A stretch of 64,000 nucleotides of DNA from Oikopleura dioica (lineage: Eukaryota > Animalia > Chordata), in contig OU015568.1 of the NCBI GenBank assembly GCA_907165135.1, forward strand, positions 7,626,001-7,690,000, given 5' to 3'. Positions 35,801 to 48,007 of this stretch are shown in pieces. Position 1 is the first letter of the stretch. Each line of letters starts with the position of its first letter. A model generated the notes under the pieces. It was given only the letters and a program-made list of their open reading frames with translations. It did not search any database and was not told the DNA's origin. Position numbers and translations under genes: made by a program.

Positions 35801-38800
35801 TCATTTTCAGGTACGTATTTTCCATGATTCATTCAATACGAATCCCTTTTTTTCTGCATAGAATATCCATTAGTTTCAACCACGCAAAAGCGGATGCGTG
35901 AGATTTGGCGACAAATGGACAAGGGCGTACTGCATTAAGCCAGCTCGTGTGCGGTTATTAATATTTTATCTAAGACGCCTGGACTGATGATGGATCTTAA
36001 TGAAGGCATGTTCGCGGCGAATGGCGGCTGCGGCTATGCGCTCAAGCCATCGATCATGATTGACTCGGAAAGAACGATCCGCTCTGAGGTCACAACCTTG
36101 CACTTGCGAGTAATATCGGGCACCGACCTTCCTAAGCCGCGCGGTGCCGGCTCCAAGGGAAGCGTCATCGATCCGTACGTACTCATCGAAGTCTTTGGCG
36201 CGGCGACCGATTGCGCTGAGCACAGGAACTGGGTACCAATAAGCGGTTAATATTCATTAAGAAGGGTTGACTCACAGGATGAGTTTTTCGGCTCTCAATA
36301 TTGTTCTGAGCTCGACAACCTGTGGAAAAACCTGAGTCAGGGTCTGATGATGCTTAAATGAAAAGCCGCGAAGCGGCTTTAGTAAAATCGAAGCCGCAAA
36401 GCGGCTTTTTTAAAAAAGAAGCCGAAGTCATAATTTTCAGTGGATGAAAACGGTAATATTTGCGAAGCCGCTTTGCGACTTCGTTTTCAAAAAACCGCTA
36501 CGAGGGTTTTCATTCAAGCATCATCAGACCCTGACTCAGGTTTTCTACACAGGTTGCCGAGCTCAAATCCTGTCTGCCTCTGTGGAAAATGTAGACCCAT
36601 CGGCGTAATTTGTTTACCAAGTTCGTCTAATGAATAATTCAACTCTCCCTGACCAGCTTCTCAATAATTATTTTTAATCGCTTTTGTTCACCCACGGGAT
36701 AGAACTCGCACTGTACACAATTGCGGGCGAAATCCAGTTTTCGATGAATCTTGCGAATTTCGTCTGACAGTGCCTGACATGGCGCTAATTAGATTTGTCA
36801 TTCTTGACGATGATTTTATTGGTGATGAGTTTATCGGACAATACACCATCGCCCACTCTTGCCTTCTTCCTGGCTACAGGGTCGCGAAACTAAGTGGCAT
36901 ATTCGGAGAAGATTTGAATGGCGCGTCCTTGCTAGGTATAAGAAGCTGCCATTGATCCCCATCTGAATCGGTATTGTAGTGCACGTGGCGATCAGCTCAT
37001 CCCGCGAAACTAAGCAGAAGAAGACCGTGCTTCGGCGCCGCCCGAATAAGCCCATGTCCAAGCTGCGTACTGTTGGGTTCAAGTCAGCCGATGAACTGTA
37101 TAAATCAATATCACAGTCTGCCAGAGAAGCAGCTGACTTACGGCAACTTCATGAAACGTGTACTAAGGATTTCAAAGAAGCTGCTGGATTGCAACCGGTT
37201 TCGAATGTCAAACAGGTAAGATCTGGGCTCAGCAGCCTGTGTAGAAAACCTGACTCAGGGTCTAGAAGATCTTCAATGAAAAGCCGCGTAGCGGCTTTTT
37301 TTTAAACGAAGCCGCAAAGCGGCTTCGCCAGACTTTGATAATTGATTGGAAAAATTTTTTGACCCTGACTCAGGTTTTCTACACAGGTTGACGAGCTCAG
37401 AGTAAAATGCACTTTGAAAAAATAATTTATTAATTGCTTTTTCATTAAGGTCATGAAGCACCTGTCAGGAAGGAAAATGCCAATTAAATTCCGAATGATC
37501 GAAAATGTCCTGACAATGAGGCTTGACGGCGGCCAACTTCCAGAGCATGGTCGAAAGTCGGCTCAAGCCACGGACGCCTTAGTAAACACGAATCGAAAGC
37601 TTACGATCACGGGCCCTGTTTTGCTTGAGAAGATGGAAGCAGCGCTTACCCAAGCCACAGAGCTCTCGGAAACTATCGAGAGTCTAGGAAGTGGTGAGTA
37701 TTTTTATGAAGTAACTTTGACTGAGTTGTTAGTTTCAAAAACGAGCTGAATTGAAAAAAAAGCAGAAGTTTTTGTTTATTTCCATGCTAAACTTGTTTAT
37801 AGTCAGTCCAAATCGGACTGGTCGCCGTATGTCCTTGCCTGGTATGCTAATTTCTTCAGACTATGAAAAAATTTATAACCCAAGTATTTTTTTGATTTTA
37901 CTTGGTGAATTGACCAACTGATTAACATTTTTATATCAGATCGATTTTATATCAAGCTGGAGTTTTAATTCGAATTCGACCTCCTTTAATTTTTGATTTC
38001 TTGATTTTTATGAAGAGTTTATTTTATCAAAATTTAAGTGGACGGATTGAAGAGTAAAAAAGCCGCGAAAGTTCACGAAAACCATGCTTGGAACTGCCGA
38101 CTTCTTCGAGGCCAAATCGAGCTTCTTCGAACTGCGATAGAAGCAGCAGCAACGCAGTTGATACAAATTGTGGAATGTGCAATTCAATACGACATGGTTC
38201 AGGTAATTTGTCCTTTAGTGGTCTAGATTAGCGGCCTTTGCTGAAGACCCACTTAATTCCACTGAATACATGAATCCTCCCCTTTGACAACAACAACGAC
38301 TCTCGTTAATAATAATTGACTAGGGCGAGTTGCCAGACGAATGGCGCGAGACAATTCTGAATCCCTCTCCGAATGACCAGCTGAACGACAAGAAACTAGG
38401 CCAGCGGTACAAGTAAGTGCATTAACACTTCTCAAAAGGGCATAAATAACGCTCCCCTCTGAACCGGGATTTAGATTGCCGCCGCAGAACCGGCTATCTA
38501 ATGCGTATAAAAGTCTTAAGAATAGGCAAGTCGGGTTTTCGCGTTTCGTGATTATTGATTTCCTTCCTCATCCCTTGGGGCGTTTGGTTTTTATGCTTAT
38601 CATAACTAATCCATCGATATTGCAATTGCCTCTTTTCTAACACTTCTTTCCTTCAGCACTAACAAATTCTCGCTACGAGGACTTCACAGAACGCTCAGTG
38701 CTGATTCGACTTCGCTTGGCAGGAGGTAAGCCCTCTATCGTCAATAAAAGATAATGGTTAAAATTTTAGTCTGCTGCCAAAGTCCCTCAAACGTTCATCA

Positions 38801-38990
38801 AAATCCTCAGTTCAAGACTCGACAAGCTGAAGAAGAGTATCTTTGGCGCGCGCGGCTGGTTTTTCGAATTCCCCGCTATTCCCATTCTATCTATTGCCAT
38901 TACGCTAACGCTTCATTCAAAAATCAAAATCTACGACGTGCGACCAAGAGGAGCTCAAGGAGATTCAAGAAGTTAACGTCGAAAAAAAAA
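32897..38990 (+). CDS. PLCL: Inactive phospholipase C-like protein (PRIP; PH-EF-X/Y-C2-C-terminal helical domain)
   Basis: K/TVSFGSLP..., RWEPSKKD, LDLVAS, SASHNTYLIQDQ, DSRVDCSNYNP, NGGCGYALKP, C2 domain, ...FKEAAGLQPVSNVKQ. The catalytic Glu-equivalent position reads CLSLD. 3' end approximate. Confidence 0.9.
36306..36566. mobile_element. CTGGG-family MITE in a GA-AG intron of PLCL
   Basis: Same TIRs and hairpins. Confidence 0.9.
37223..37400. mobile_element. CTGGG-family MITE in PLCL intron
   Basis: Flanks ggtaagat / agtaaaat (6/8, degraded TSD); starts 7 nt after the GTAAGAT donor. Confidence 0.9.
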
Positions 38991-39109
38991 CTACACAATA
39001 ATAAAATATTTTGTACAACTAAAAACTAAGTAAAAACTCAAAGTTCCGCAGTGTTATAATTGTAATAAAGAAAAATTGAAGGTACTGCTTCTTTCAACTT
39101 CTTTCTCTT

Positions 39110-39824
39110 CTAGAACAAGCAGGAATCGCTCTTCATTTTCTCAATGCAGCAAAAACTAAACTAACCAAGAGACTAATAATGCAATCAAGGAAGAAAATCC
39201 GTGAGGAATATAATCAAATAAGAGAAGAAGCATACGACAAAATCAGAGAAATTTATAAGTAAGACTTCATTATCGGATTCTGAGTTCTGCAAGTACCTGT
39301 GTAGAAAACCTGAGTCAGGGTCTGGAAACTGATTGAAATTGATTGAAAAGATGATTTTGTGAAGCCGCGGCTTCGTTTTAAGAAAAAGCCGCTTTGCGGC
39401 TTTTCATTTTAGATCTTACAGACCATGACTCAGGTATTCTACACAGGTTCTACACAGGTAAAACTGTGGTTTCAGCAAAAATTGCGATGAAGATCGGAAA
39501 TATAAGCGCGACGCCCTTGCTCTGATGTCGAGAAAAAACGAAAAATTCAAACATTGGGAAGAGCAGGCGAGGATGCAGAAGAAAAAGAAGAAGAAGGAGG
39601 AAAAAGAGGTCCGGAAATTGACAAAAGAAGTGCAGAGTCTTGAAGGCACATGGAGAAGACAAGAAAGAAGAACACTTTTAGCAGATATTGAGCAAGGTCA
39701 AAAAAGAATCAAAGGAATGGGCTCAATTCCCAAGCTTTCGAAATATTTCTTGGTTCAAAAATTGAGTCCAAAAAAGAACATGCTCGCAAAGAATCATTTT
39801 ACAAACATGAAATGGCAAATATGA
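39110..39824 (+). CDS. Unknown Lys-rich coiled-coil protein
   Basis: Exon ...NAAKTKLTKRLIMQSRKKIREEYNQIREEAYDKIREIY splices across a MITE-containing intron into ...KNCDEDRKYKRDALALMSRKNEKF.... Confidence 0.5.
39280..39457. mobile_element. CTGGG-family MITE, degraded ends
   Basis: cctgtgtagaaaacctgagtcaggg ... tgactcaggtattctacacagg with hairpins. Confidence 0.8.
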
Positions 39825-40031
39825 TTGAATTTCTGAAGATTAGGGCTCCTGTAAAAACCATATCATTGATATGATATCAATAATAGGGACCATTTATCCT
39901 TTATTGGCAAAATAGAGAAGCCCATAAAGCAATGCGTTAGCGGCGAGAAACAATTCACTGGTCTTGGACTTCGATGAGCATTTTTATGAGAAAAGAAAAA
40001 CGCAATATTTTTAAATAAATAGCCTAATCAT

Positions 40032-41508
40032 TTATTGAACAACTTTCATAAGTTTCGATCTTTCAGCATACGATTTCCCCAGCCGATCGAAAAGCGGAAT
40101 CGACGGGACTTGTGAAATAAATGGAAGCTTGTTTTTACACTGACTCTCGTCACGGACGGTCGTGCGGTTGAAGTCGCGCGGGTTGTATGCCGTCTGGCCC
40201 CACAGCGTTCGCTCGTAATTGTTGCATTTTGAAGAAGCAGTGGCGAATTTCTGAAATGAAAGTTACTCTTTCAATGTTCTATTAACTTGGCTAACCATGG
40301 GCTTATCTTGAATGCTTTTCATCCAGGATTCTTGTTTGTCCTTTTTAATTTCGCGCTCGGTAGTGTTGTACGAAGTCAAAACTCGAAGAGTTGGTTCCAG
40401 AGGCCTGTGTTTTTGCATTTGGACTTTAACGGGTCAGATATTTCTCTGGCCGAGATAAGTAAATCTGCGCTCGACAACCTGTGTCCAAAACCTGTGTCAG
40501 GGTCTCAAAGAGCTTGAATGCCAGAATGAATAATAGATTGAGATGGTTACATTGGCGAAGCCGCTTTGCGGCTTCGTTAAAAGAAAAAGCCGCTACGCGG
40601 CTTTTTATTCAAGAACCCGGACTCAGGTTTTGTAGTCAGATTACCGAGCCGAGAGGTAAGAACATGATCCCTGTCTGATTCTTTTCTTCTGAAAGGACCG
40701 AAGCATTCAAGATCATCTGGAGGAGAATAGTTTTTATATCTTCTTGGCGAGGGAAGCGGTTGGACAATCACCAGAGGCTTGAAATGAGAGCTAATGAAAT
40801 CAAGAAAGAAAACATTCAAGTACCTCGACGCTATGTCGCTTTTTCTTCTTCAAAGCAGCTGTCTCTTCTGCGGTTTTCTCCATAATTTGTTCTGGAACTC
40901 CTGGCCTGGCTCTGGTGCTGATGAGATAGTGGATACTCTTGCGAGCGTTTGCCATGTAACTTGCTCTCCGCCATTTTTCCATTCGAAGCTGCATGTTGCG
41001 AACTTTTTGCAAGTGCGCTCGAGTTTCTTCATTTTTTAACGCAACTGCCTGAAAATTCGGTAAACCGGAGGAAGAGGAGTAATTCGAGTACCTCTAGGAG
41101 CTCTTTCCTTTTGTAGAAATCCATGACTGTCTTTCTCGAGTGATACCCTCGCCAAAGCGCTTGAAACGGAATGATGTACTCTCCGTATTGTTTTCTGAGT
41201 CTGATCTTCTCCTTGTGCTTCTCGATCATATCCATCTTCTTGTTCGTCACGACTTTGCGCAAGAAGCCGACAACCATGTTGGACGCGCGAGTGCGTTTTC
41301 GCTCTCTGATTTTCGTTACGCAGTTTCTCCACCAATTTTGCAAGGTGGAGGCCACTAATGAATAAGATTCCGTTCAAATTTATAGAGAAAAGAGTCCAGT
41401 ACCGAAGTGCTCATGCTTGCGAAATCGCTCCGCTTCTTCATTTTTCTCAGTAATTACTTTTTCAAGCTGCTCAATCTGCGACTGTCCATAGCTCAAGTAG
41501 AGGCTCAT
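40032..41508 (-). CDS. SPATA17: Spermatogenesis-associated 17-like IQ-motif protein
   Basis: FQALWRGYHSRK (IQ), ARKSIHYLISTRARPGV, CFGPFR, KHRPLEPTLRV and VPSIPLFDRLGKSY correspond to conserved SPATA17 blocks. Confidence 0.8.
40465..40653. mobile_element. CTGGG-family MITE in SPATA17 intron
   Basis: Same TIRs and hairpins. Confidence 0.85.
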
Positions 41509-41649
41509 TTCAAACTAACTTGTTTCAGCTTTCGCTTTTACTTGTAAATTCACATTCTAGAACCGGGGTACCTTTTTCCGAGAAAACACTTGCGACTCAG
41601 CCACTAGCAAATTGCGTTAAACATTAAAAATGTGATGTTTATTTGTGTT

Positions 41650-43110
41650 TACTGGGCAGGAGAGACCATGATAAAGCCAATCTGCATGAGAATGGCAATG
41701 CCGACAGTGATAAAGATAAAGACAGGGTAATTGGCAGTCAAGTTCTCGACAGTAAGCCATGCTCGCCAAGATGGAATTTCTTGCTTTTTCTCCTCTCTTG
41801 AAGTTGATGATTAATTTTCTTCTTTTTTAATGTGTTCATACCTGTATTGCTGTCGGAACTTGAACATATTCTTTTCGCACAAAAATCGATCCTCGCTCTT
41901 TTCATATTCGACCTCGGGAAAGAAGTTTTTCGGGAAGATCTTTCCCTCGTCGTGGAGATAGATCATGCGCATGATTTGAGTTTGCTCGACCTCGCTGAGT
42001 TCGTACCGGCCGGTCCGGTCTACGAGCAGGTGGGATAGATTCACGCTGAAGTTAATGGTCAATTTTGGCTTCATTTGCTTACATACCCAAAGTACTTGTT
42101 CAAATACTTGGCAATGAAGAGCTTTCTGTTGTTGTTAACAACCCAGCAGCGGCCAAATCTTTTGATGTACCTGATTTTTTAAAGAATAATTCTGATTAAA
42201 AAGAGCTCACTTGATTTTCATGCGCTTCTCAAAACTGTAATCGTCTGCTTTAATTGCTTCTAGTATCTCTTTAATTTGATCATGAACAGAAATTTCCACC
42301 GTCTCTTGTTCTGGTTTGTCTCCATCTCCTACCGCTCCCTAAAACATCAATCACAAAAACATCTAAAGACTTTAAGGGGGGGGTCGACGAGAATCGGGAT
42401 TTTTTCAACCAAAATTCCGGAAAAACCAGCTTTGAATGAAAAATTCTGATTGGTCAGGTGAGTAGAAAAGGGTTTGAAAAATACAGCGGCGAAAACTAGA
42501 AAAAATTTTGTCCAGAAAAAATGGGCGTAATCGTGTCTCAAAGTGGACCCCAAATTGCAATTTTTGCAATTTTCCGATTTTTTCGATATTTTTTTCCGGC
42601 ACATTTGGTAAGGAAGTGCAAGAAATTTCTGCAAACTATCGCGAAACTCGTTGCCGCTGTATTCTAAATACCCTTCTGTTCTCACGTGATAAGTCAAAAT
42701 ACGTTTACAGAATCGGATTTTTCGGGAAAATTGGTTTAAAAGTTCCGATTCTCGTCGACCCGCCCCTTAAACCTTTGAAAGTTCTATTTCTTCTGTAAAC
42801 GGAATCTCTTCGCAAGTAAAGTTGATTTCATTAAGTTTCTTTCTCTGAAAGACATCCATCTTTAATTCTAATTGACTAATGAAAACAACGACGATATAAC
42901 CATTTTTCTAGAGAAATTCTTTGGAATATGGGTTTCGGCATCGATTTCACCAGAATTTCTCTCTTAGCAAATTTACACGTGATTGATGACGTCACAAGTA
43001 TAATTTGGCATGCATTCGGACTTTTACTAACGGAGGTTTTGATACTCACGTGACAGTTTCCTCACAATTGTACGAAGAAAATGTTCGATCTTCTTTTGGT
43101 CTTATCAATT
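41650..43110 (-). CDS. Unknown multi-exon protein with a C-terminal hydrophobic segment
   Basis: Spliced exons GDGDKPEQETVEISVHDQIKEILEAIKADDYSFEKRMKI/KYIKRFGRCWVV... and terminal ...NYPVFIFITVGIAILMQIGFIMVSPAQ*. 5' end unresolved. Confidence 0.45.
42376..42766. mobile_element. TTAA-flanked MITE with 5'-GG termini (Kolobok-like)
   Basis: ttaa/GGGGGGGGTCGACGAGAATCGG ... CCGATTCTCGTCGACCCGCCCC/ttaa. Confidence 0.85.
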
Positions 43111-43131
43111 TGATCTTTTCATTATCTCAAT

Positions 43132-44720
43132 CAGGGCTGGTAAATTAGCGCACTATTTTCTCTCGAAGAAAAAAAAAAATTAGCGCACTAATTTTTTTTA
43201 GAGACATTTTCGCGTCTTTCGCGCCTTTAGTGCACTAAAATGACACTAATTTTTCCTCTTGGGGAAATTAGTGACTTTTCGAGAGCTGATCAGCACTAAA
43301 GACGCGAAAAAAGAGGCTCTTTTTCATCATCCAATTGGCTCTTCCCGGATGATAGTTTCATGGAAGACGATTTTCATCAGGGAAGAATTTCTTCAAACTG
43401 AAACTGCTAGATATATAAAAATCAATGCATCGTAAATATGACACAATTTAATTTAAAAAAAATTACTTATTTAGTAACAAATAAGTTGAAAAGAATAAAA
43501 GTCAACTTTTGTTGGAAATTCTTTTTGTCGAGTTAAATGATGTGCTAAGATAAGCTTTGCTAGGGAGGTCCTCTCCCTAATTTTTTTATCGCTGGGCCAT
43601 CCGCAGCTGGATCTTCCTGCTTTTCTTCATTTTTTGCTTTTCTTCTTCTTATCGTTGTCCGACAACTTCTCATCGTTGTCCTCAACAGTCTCTGAAGCTA
43701 AAGCAGCCTTGACTGATACGTTCTACTTTCGTGGTCTTAAGAGCTCTTCTCAGTATCTTTATATAATTCTTTATTCATAGAATCATATATATTTGATAGC
43801 CCAGTTCCTTTATTTTTTAATTTAAGGGGCTTGACAAAGGCTTGGAACATTGAGTTGATCAATCTCAGTTCTGTCTCTAACCTTATTATGGTTTTTATCA
43901 GAAATTTTAAGAATAATGTTTTTACATTTGCTGATTTCTGAACCCGCGGGGCCTGTGGGCGCGAGGGTAACGGGCGCCCTTAACCCCCCGGGGGCCCACG
44001 GGCGCGGAAATCTGCGGGGCCCCCGCCCGGACCCGCGCGAAATTTTTGAGTTTGCCCCCGCGCCCGCCCGCACCCGCGGGAAATTTCGGAATTGGCCCCA
44101 GCGCCCGCCCGCACCCGCGGAAAATTTTGAAATCCGTCCCCGCGCCCGCGGAAAATGTTGCGGGTTTATTAGTCGAACAACGACAAGATTGACAAGAAAG
44201 GGAAAAAGCAGGAAGAACAAGCTGCGGATTGCCCTTCAATAAAAAAAATTAGGGAGAAGACCTCCCTAAGAAAGCTTATCTTAGGCTAAAAGTCTAAGCT
44301 TATCATTCAAATCCAGCACAAAAAGAGTTGCAAAAAAAAATTGTATTTTTCCTATATAATATATTCCCTATATTTGTTACTTTAAATTTATAAAGAAAAT
44401 TAACAAATGAATTGACAAAGTCTTTTTTGACCTTATATTAAAATTCACGCCCTCAATTACCCAATCCACTTTATTGAAACCAAACTTTTTGAAATTCTAA
44501 TATTAGCGAAGTTTGAAATTCTCAAACTTACGTATTCTTTAGAATTAAAGAGCCCGCGCTCATTGGCGGGCCAATCAGCAGCCTTTTATTTCGACACTTT
44601 TCGAGACACACGCGAAAGAGACGCGAAAGTCACTAAAGTCTCGACAAAATAAATTCGCGCACTAATTTTAGTGCACTAAAAATTTTCGACAGATTTTAGG
44701 ACGCGAATTTACCAGCCCTG
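43132..44720. mobile_element. Composite hAT-type element, 1589 bp
   Basis: TIR CAGGGCTGGTAAATT...AATTTACCAGCCCTG; perfect TSD ATCTCAAT; internal inverted pair at about 43540-43680 and 44170-44290; GC-rich CCCGC array at 43940-44165. Confidence 0.9.
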
Positions 44721-44962
44721 ATCTCAATTCTAGTCCCTCAGAGTAACTATGACAAAGAACACTTTCATTGGAGATATGGTTTCTGAAAATCAGAAGAGGC
44801 CATAAAGGTCAAGATGTTCAAATATCGTCCTTGGGGAGCGAGATCCAAGACGGATCAAGCACCTTCTTTCCCGGACCAAGAATTCCGTCTGATCTTATAC
44901 AAGACAATATTATGGTTTTCTCAGATATTATTTCTAGCTGATAAGATTGTAGCTGTTATCAT

Positions 44963-45096
44963 GGGCGACACTGGAAAAGTCGCCGAAAGTCGTCGAATGT
45001 CGCTGAATGTCGCCAAATATCGTCACTCATTTTCGATGACATTCAGCGACATTCAGCGACATTCGGCGACATTCGGCGACTTTCCCAGTGTCGCCC
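44963..45096. mobile_element. 134-bp MITE with GGGCGACACTGG TIR and 10-bp repeats
   Basis: Perfect TSD GTTATCAT (44955-44962, 45097-45104). Confidence 0.9.
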
Positions 45097-45164
45097 GTTA
45101 TCATGACCTTAATAAAAAGAAGATGATCGAGTAAAAATTCGATGTCTTTATTTACAGTATAAAT

Positions 45165-45582
45165 TTATATGAAAGAGGGAATTGCTTTATTCTTCGATTT
45201 GTACTCTATGACGCGTTGCTCTTCTCGCGATCCTGCTGGCGGTTCTTGCTTGAAAAAGGTGTAGGGAAACTCCATCTCCGTCGCCATGAAGAAAGACTCG
45301 TAGTTTCCCAAATATTCGTTGTTGAGAAAAACTTGAGGGGGTAGAATTGGCGGGGCCTTGTACTCTTCCGGGAGACGTTTGAGAAGCTCTTCTTTTGCCT
45401 TCGGATGTGTGGCCAGGTCGATTTCAAAAAAGGGAATTTTTCGGACGTTGAGGAAATCCTTGATTTTTTGTAAAAAGTTCGTTTTTACTAATTATTTTTT
45501 TTACCTTGACCAGATTTGACTCCTTCCAAATTTTCTTATTCGTTGAATACGAAGAGGTGAAAATGATTATTTTGCCCTCCAT
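45165..45582 (-). CDS. SH3BGR-like (thioredoxin-fold) protein
   Basis: MEGKIIIFTSSYSTNKKIWKESNLVK/DFLNVRKIPFFEIDLATHPKAKEELL...PILPPQVFLNNEYLGNYESFFMATEMEFPYTFFKQEPPAGSREE. Not in the supplied ORF track. Confidence 0.85.
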
Positions 45583-47506
45583 TATTGGTTTTTCAACGGG
45601 GTTTAAAATAGCAGCGTACGTTTATTTCTTTCTCTTTTTTTCTTACTAAGCGGCAGGTTTTAGCATCCAAATAAAGCGAGAAAAGTGATAATCTTTCGCC
45701 AGATGATTCCCAAGGGTTTGGAGGCCCTGCAGTTTTAGGCTACTTTTGATCCTTTGATGGGAATACGAAATGACAAGTCACATGATCTCAAATCTTCTGG
45801 AATCACTTGAAAAAGGCCTTAGACAAGCTTATTTTCAGGTGTTCTTATCCTACAGCAAAGCCTGTTTTCTCGTCAAACACTAGCCATTCTAGCACAATAA
45901 AATAGTGAGTTTCTATGCTTTGAAAAATTTACGAAAAGAGGCGTCTAGTGTTATTGAATGATTTCGAACAATAGTTAAGCCACTGGTTAGTTGGCTCAGA
46001 ATATTTTCCCAGTTTTTTTGTTTTCTTAGCGACATTGGAAATTTAATTTTCGGGGAAAAAAAAAGATAAAGCATGAAAAGAAAAACGAAAGAGAAAAACG
46101 CGAAATTATTCGAAAAAATATCGTGTTTTTTAAAGAACAAATTCATAAGTATAGGAAAGAGGGATGAGTCTAATGAAAATCGACGATTTAAAATAACATG
46201 TCATTCTCATCCCCCAAAAGACAACGATGATACCATCTTGGTACCATCGTTCTCATCGAATTCAACACATCTTTGGATTTTGCGCTCAATTCTCTTTGGT
46301 AAAAAGAACATCAAGAATCTCGCCTGATATTTTATTATTTAGCCTACTGGCTACCGATTTGGATTTATAGAATATCAACATTTCATTTGTTAAAAGAAGT
46401 TTACTCGGATTTCTTGACGAATTGGACCGACACGCTCATTTGCTTCTACCTTTTTCTTGTTGTCGTTCTTCATCTTCTTAATCATACTGTTCAATATAAA
46501 ATCAACGCATTTGCCCGTCTAACTGTCCAGATAATCTACGAAATCTGGTAAGTACAGGCAAGAGAGCGTTTTTTCAGAGCTCTTTTTTCAGTTTGACAGC
46601 AAGTCTCCTCGTTGTTGTCGCCTTCTGGACATCAGCAGGAATCAATTCAACGCTAGAAAACGACTATGGAACTCAAACATGGTCGTTTTCTCCTGAAAAT
46701 CCGCCGTTGATGGTTCAAAACTTTCACGGGCACATCATGGTGGCCGTGGGGATCAGGGTTCGGTATTTTGAATTCGTCGAAAAATTCGCCAATACACGCA
46801 GCGAATATGCTCTTTTCTTAAGCGAATGAGCGATTGTTCGCGAATCGCCTATTCGGGCGAATATTCGCTCGAAATTGAGCGTACAGCCCTGGATTGGCTG
46901 AACTCCATGGCCGCGGGTGAGAAAAGGGTGGCGCCCGCGAGCTATAAGGTTATTTAGGCGGTGAAGATAAAATTATAGGCTGCGCAACGTCAAAGCCCGA
47001 CCAATCAGAGCGCGCGGCAAAGCGAATGTTTGAGAAATTCGCTGAATTTCTGAAAAATTCTCCGAGAAAATTCGTTTTAATTCGCTTTGAATATTCGCTC
47101 ATTAGAGAATAACATAGGTCATCCCCTTGTTACCAGGATAAACGTTGGCGAAAATCTGAATTTAGCAGGATAAACCCCAGGCAAACTTGCCCCCATGTTA
47201 GCAGGATAAACTTTGGCAAAAGGGCTCATTGTTAGCAGGGCAAACTTTGGCACTCAATTAACAGGGTAGCGTGAATCATCAGCGCTCGCCCAGGGCGTGA
47301 CGTAACAGTTAGCCCGAGGAGGACTCAACCTGCTGGAAGAAAATGCCAATGAAAAATATCTACATAAAATCTGCTTGAAAATTTCAATATATATTTATAA
47401 ATTCAGTATTTAATACAAGTTAACGATTTTATCATTATTAATTTTAATTTTGATATTTATTCATATTTTTAAATTATTTATTTTTAGGGCTTAGGAGGGT
47501 AGGCAC

Positions 47507-47719
47507 CAGAGTTGCAAATTTGGCTTTATTTCCGCTGAGCTGAGTGAGCTGAGTTGAGCTATTTTTTACTGTATTTTAGTAGTAAAATTGTGTTAAAATC
47601 ATTGAGCTGAGCTGAATGATTATCGACGATAATTTATCGTCTGAGCTGAGCAGATCAGTTCACTTTTGAAAATCACTGAGCAGTCTCAGCTCACTCAACT
47701 CAGCAAATTTGAAACTCTG
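47507..47719. mobile_element. 213-bp hAT MITE rich in GCTGA repeats, nested
   Basis: TIR CAGAGTTGCAAATTT...AAATTTGAAACTCTG; perfect TSD GTAGGCAC. Confidence 0.9.
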
Positions 47720-48007
47720 GTAGGCACATTATACAGTATTAGAAAGCTCAGAAGCTGAGCTTTATTTTGACTATTGATAACGGGGTGATCTCGTCCCTGG
47801 CCCTTTTCGGACTCTAACCATCTTTCAAGAAGAAAAATCTCCAAAGTTGATCCCGAGTGATCCCAGGTAACCCCAACTTGACCTCAGGTCAGCAATGACG
47901 CAGATATTATATCCAATATTAGATATATAAGATATTAGTCCCAATATTCTATAATGATATGGGCTATACATAGCCTATACTTCACCGAAGTGGCTTGATC
48001 TAATGAA

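Noticed and set aside
43690-43930. Possible decayed hAT transposase C-terminus
   Set aside because: No diagnostic hAT dimerisation motif visible by eye; would need an HMM search.
43822-44242. Overlapping GC-rich ORFs (132, 108 and 105 aa)
   Set aside because: Low-complexity translations of a CCCGC repeat array within a transposon.
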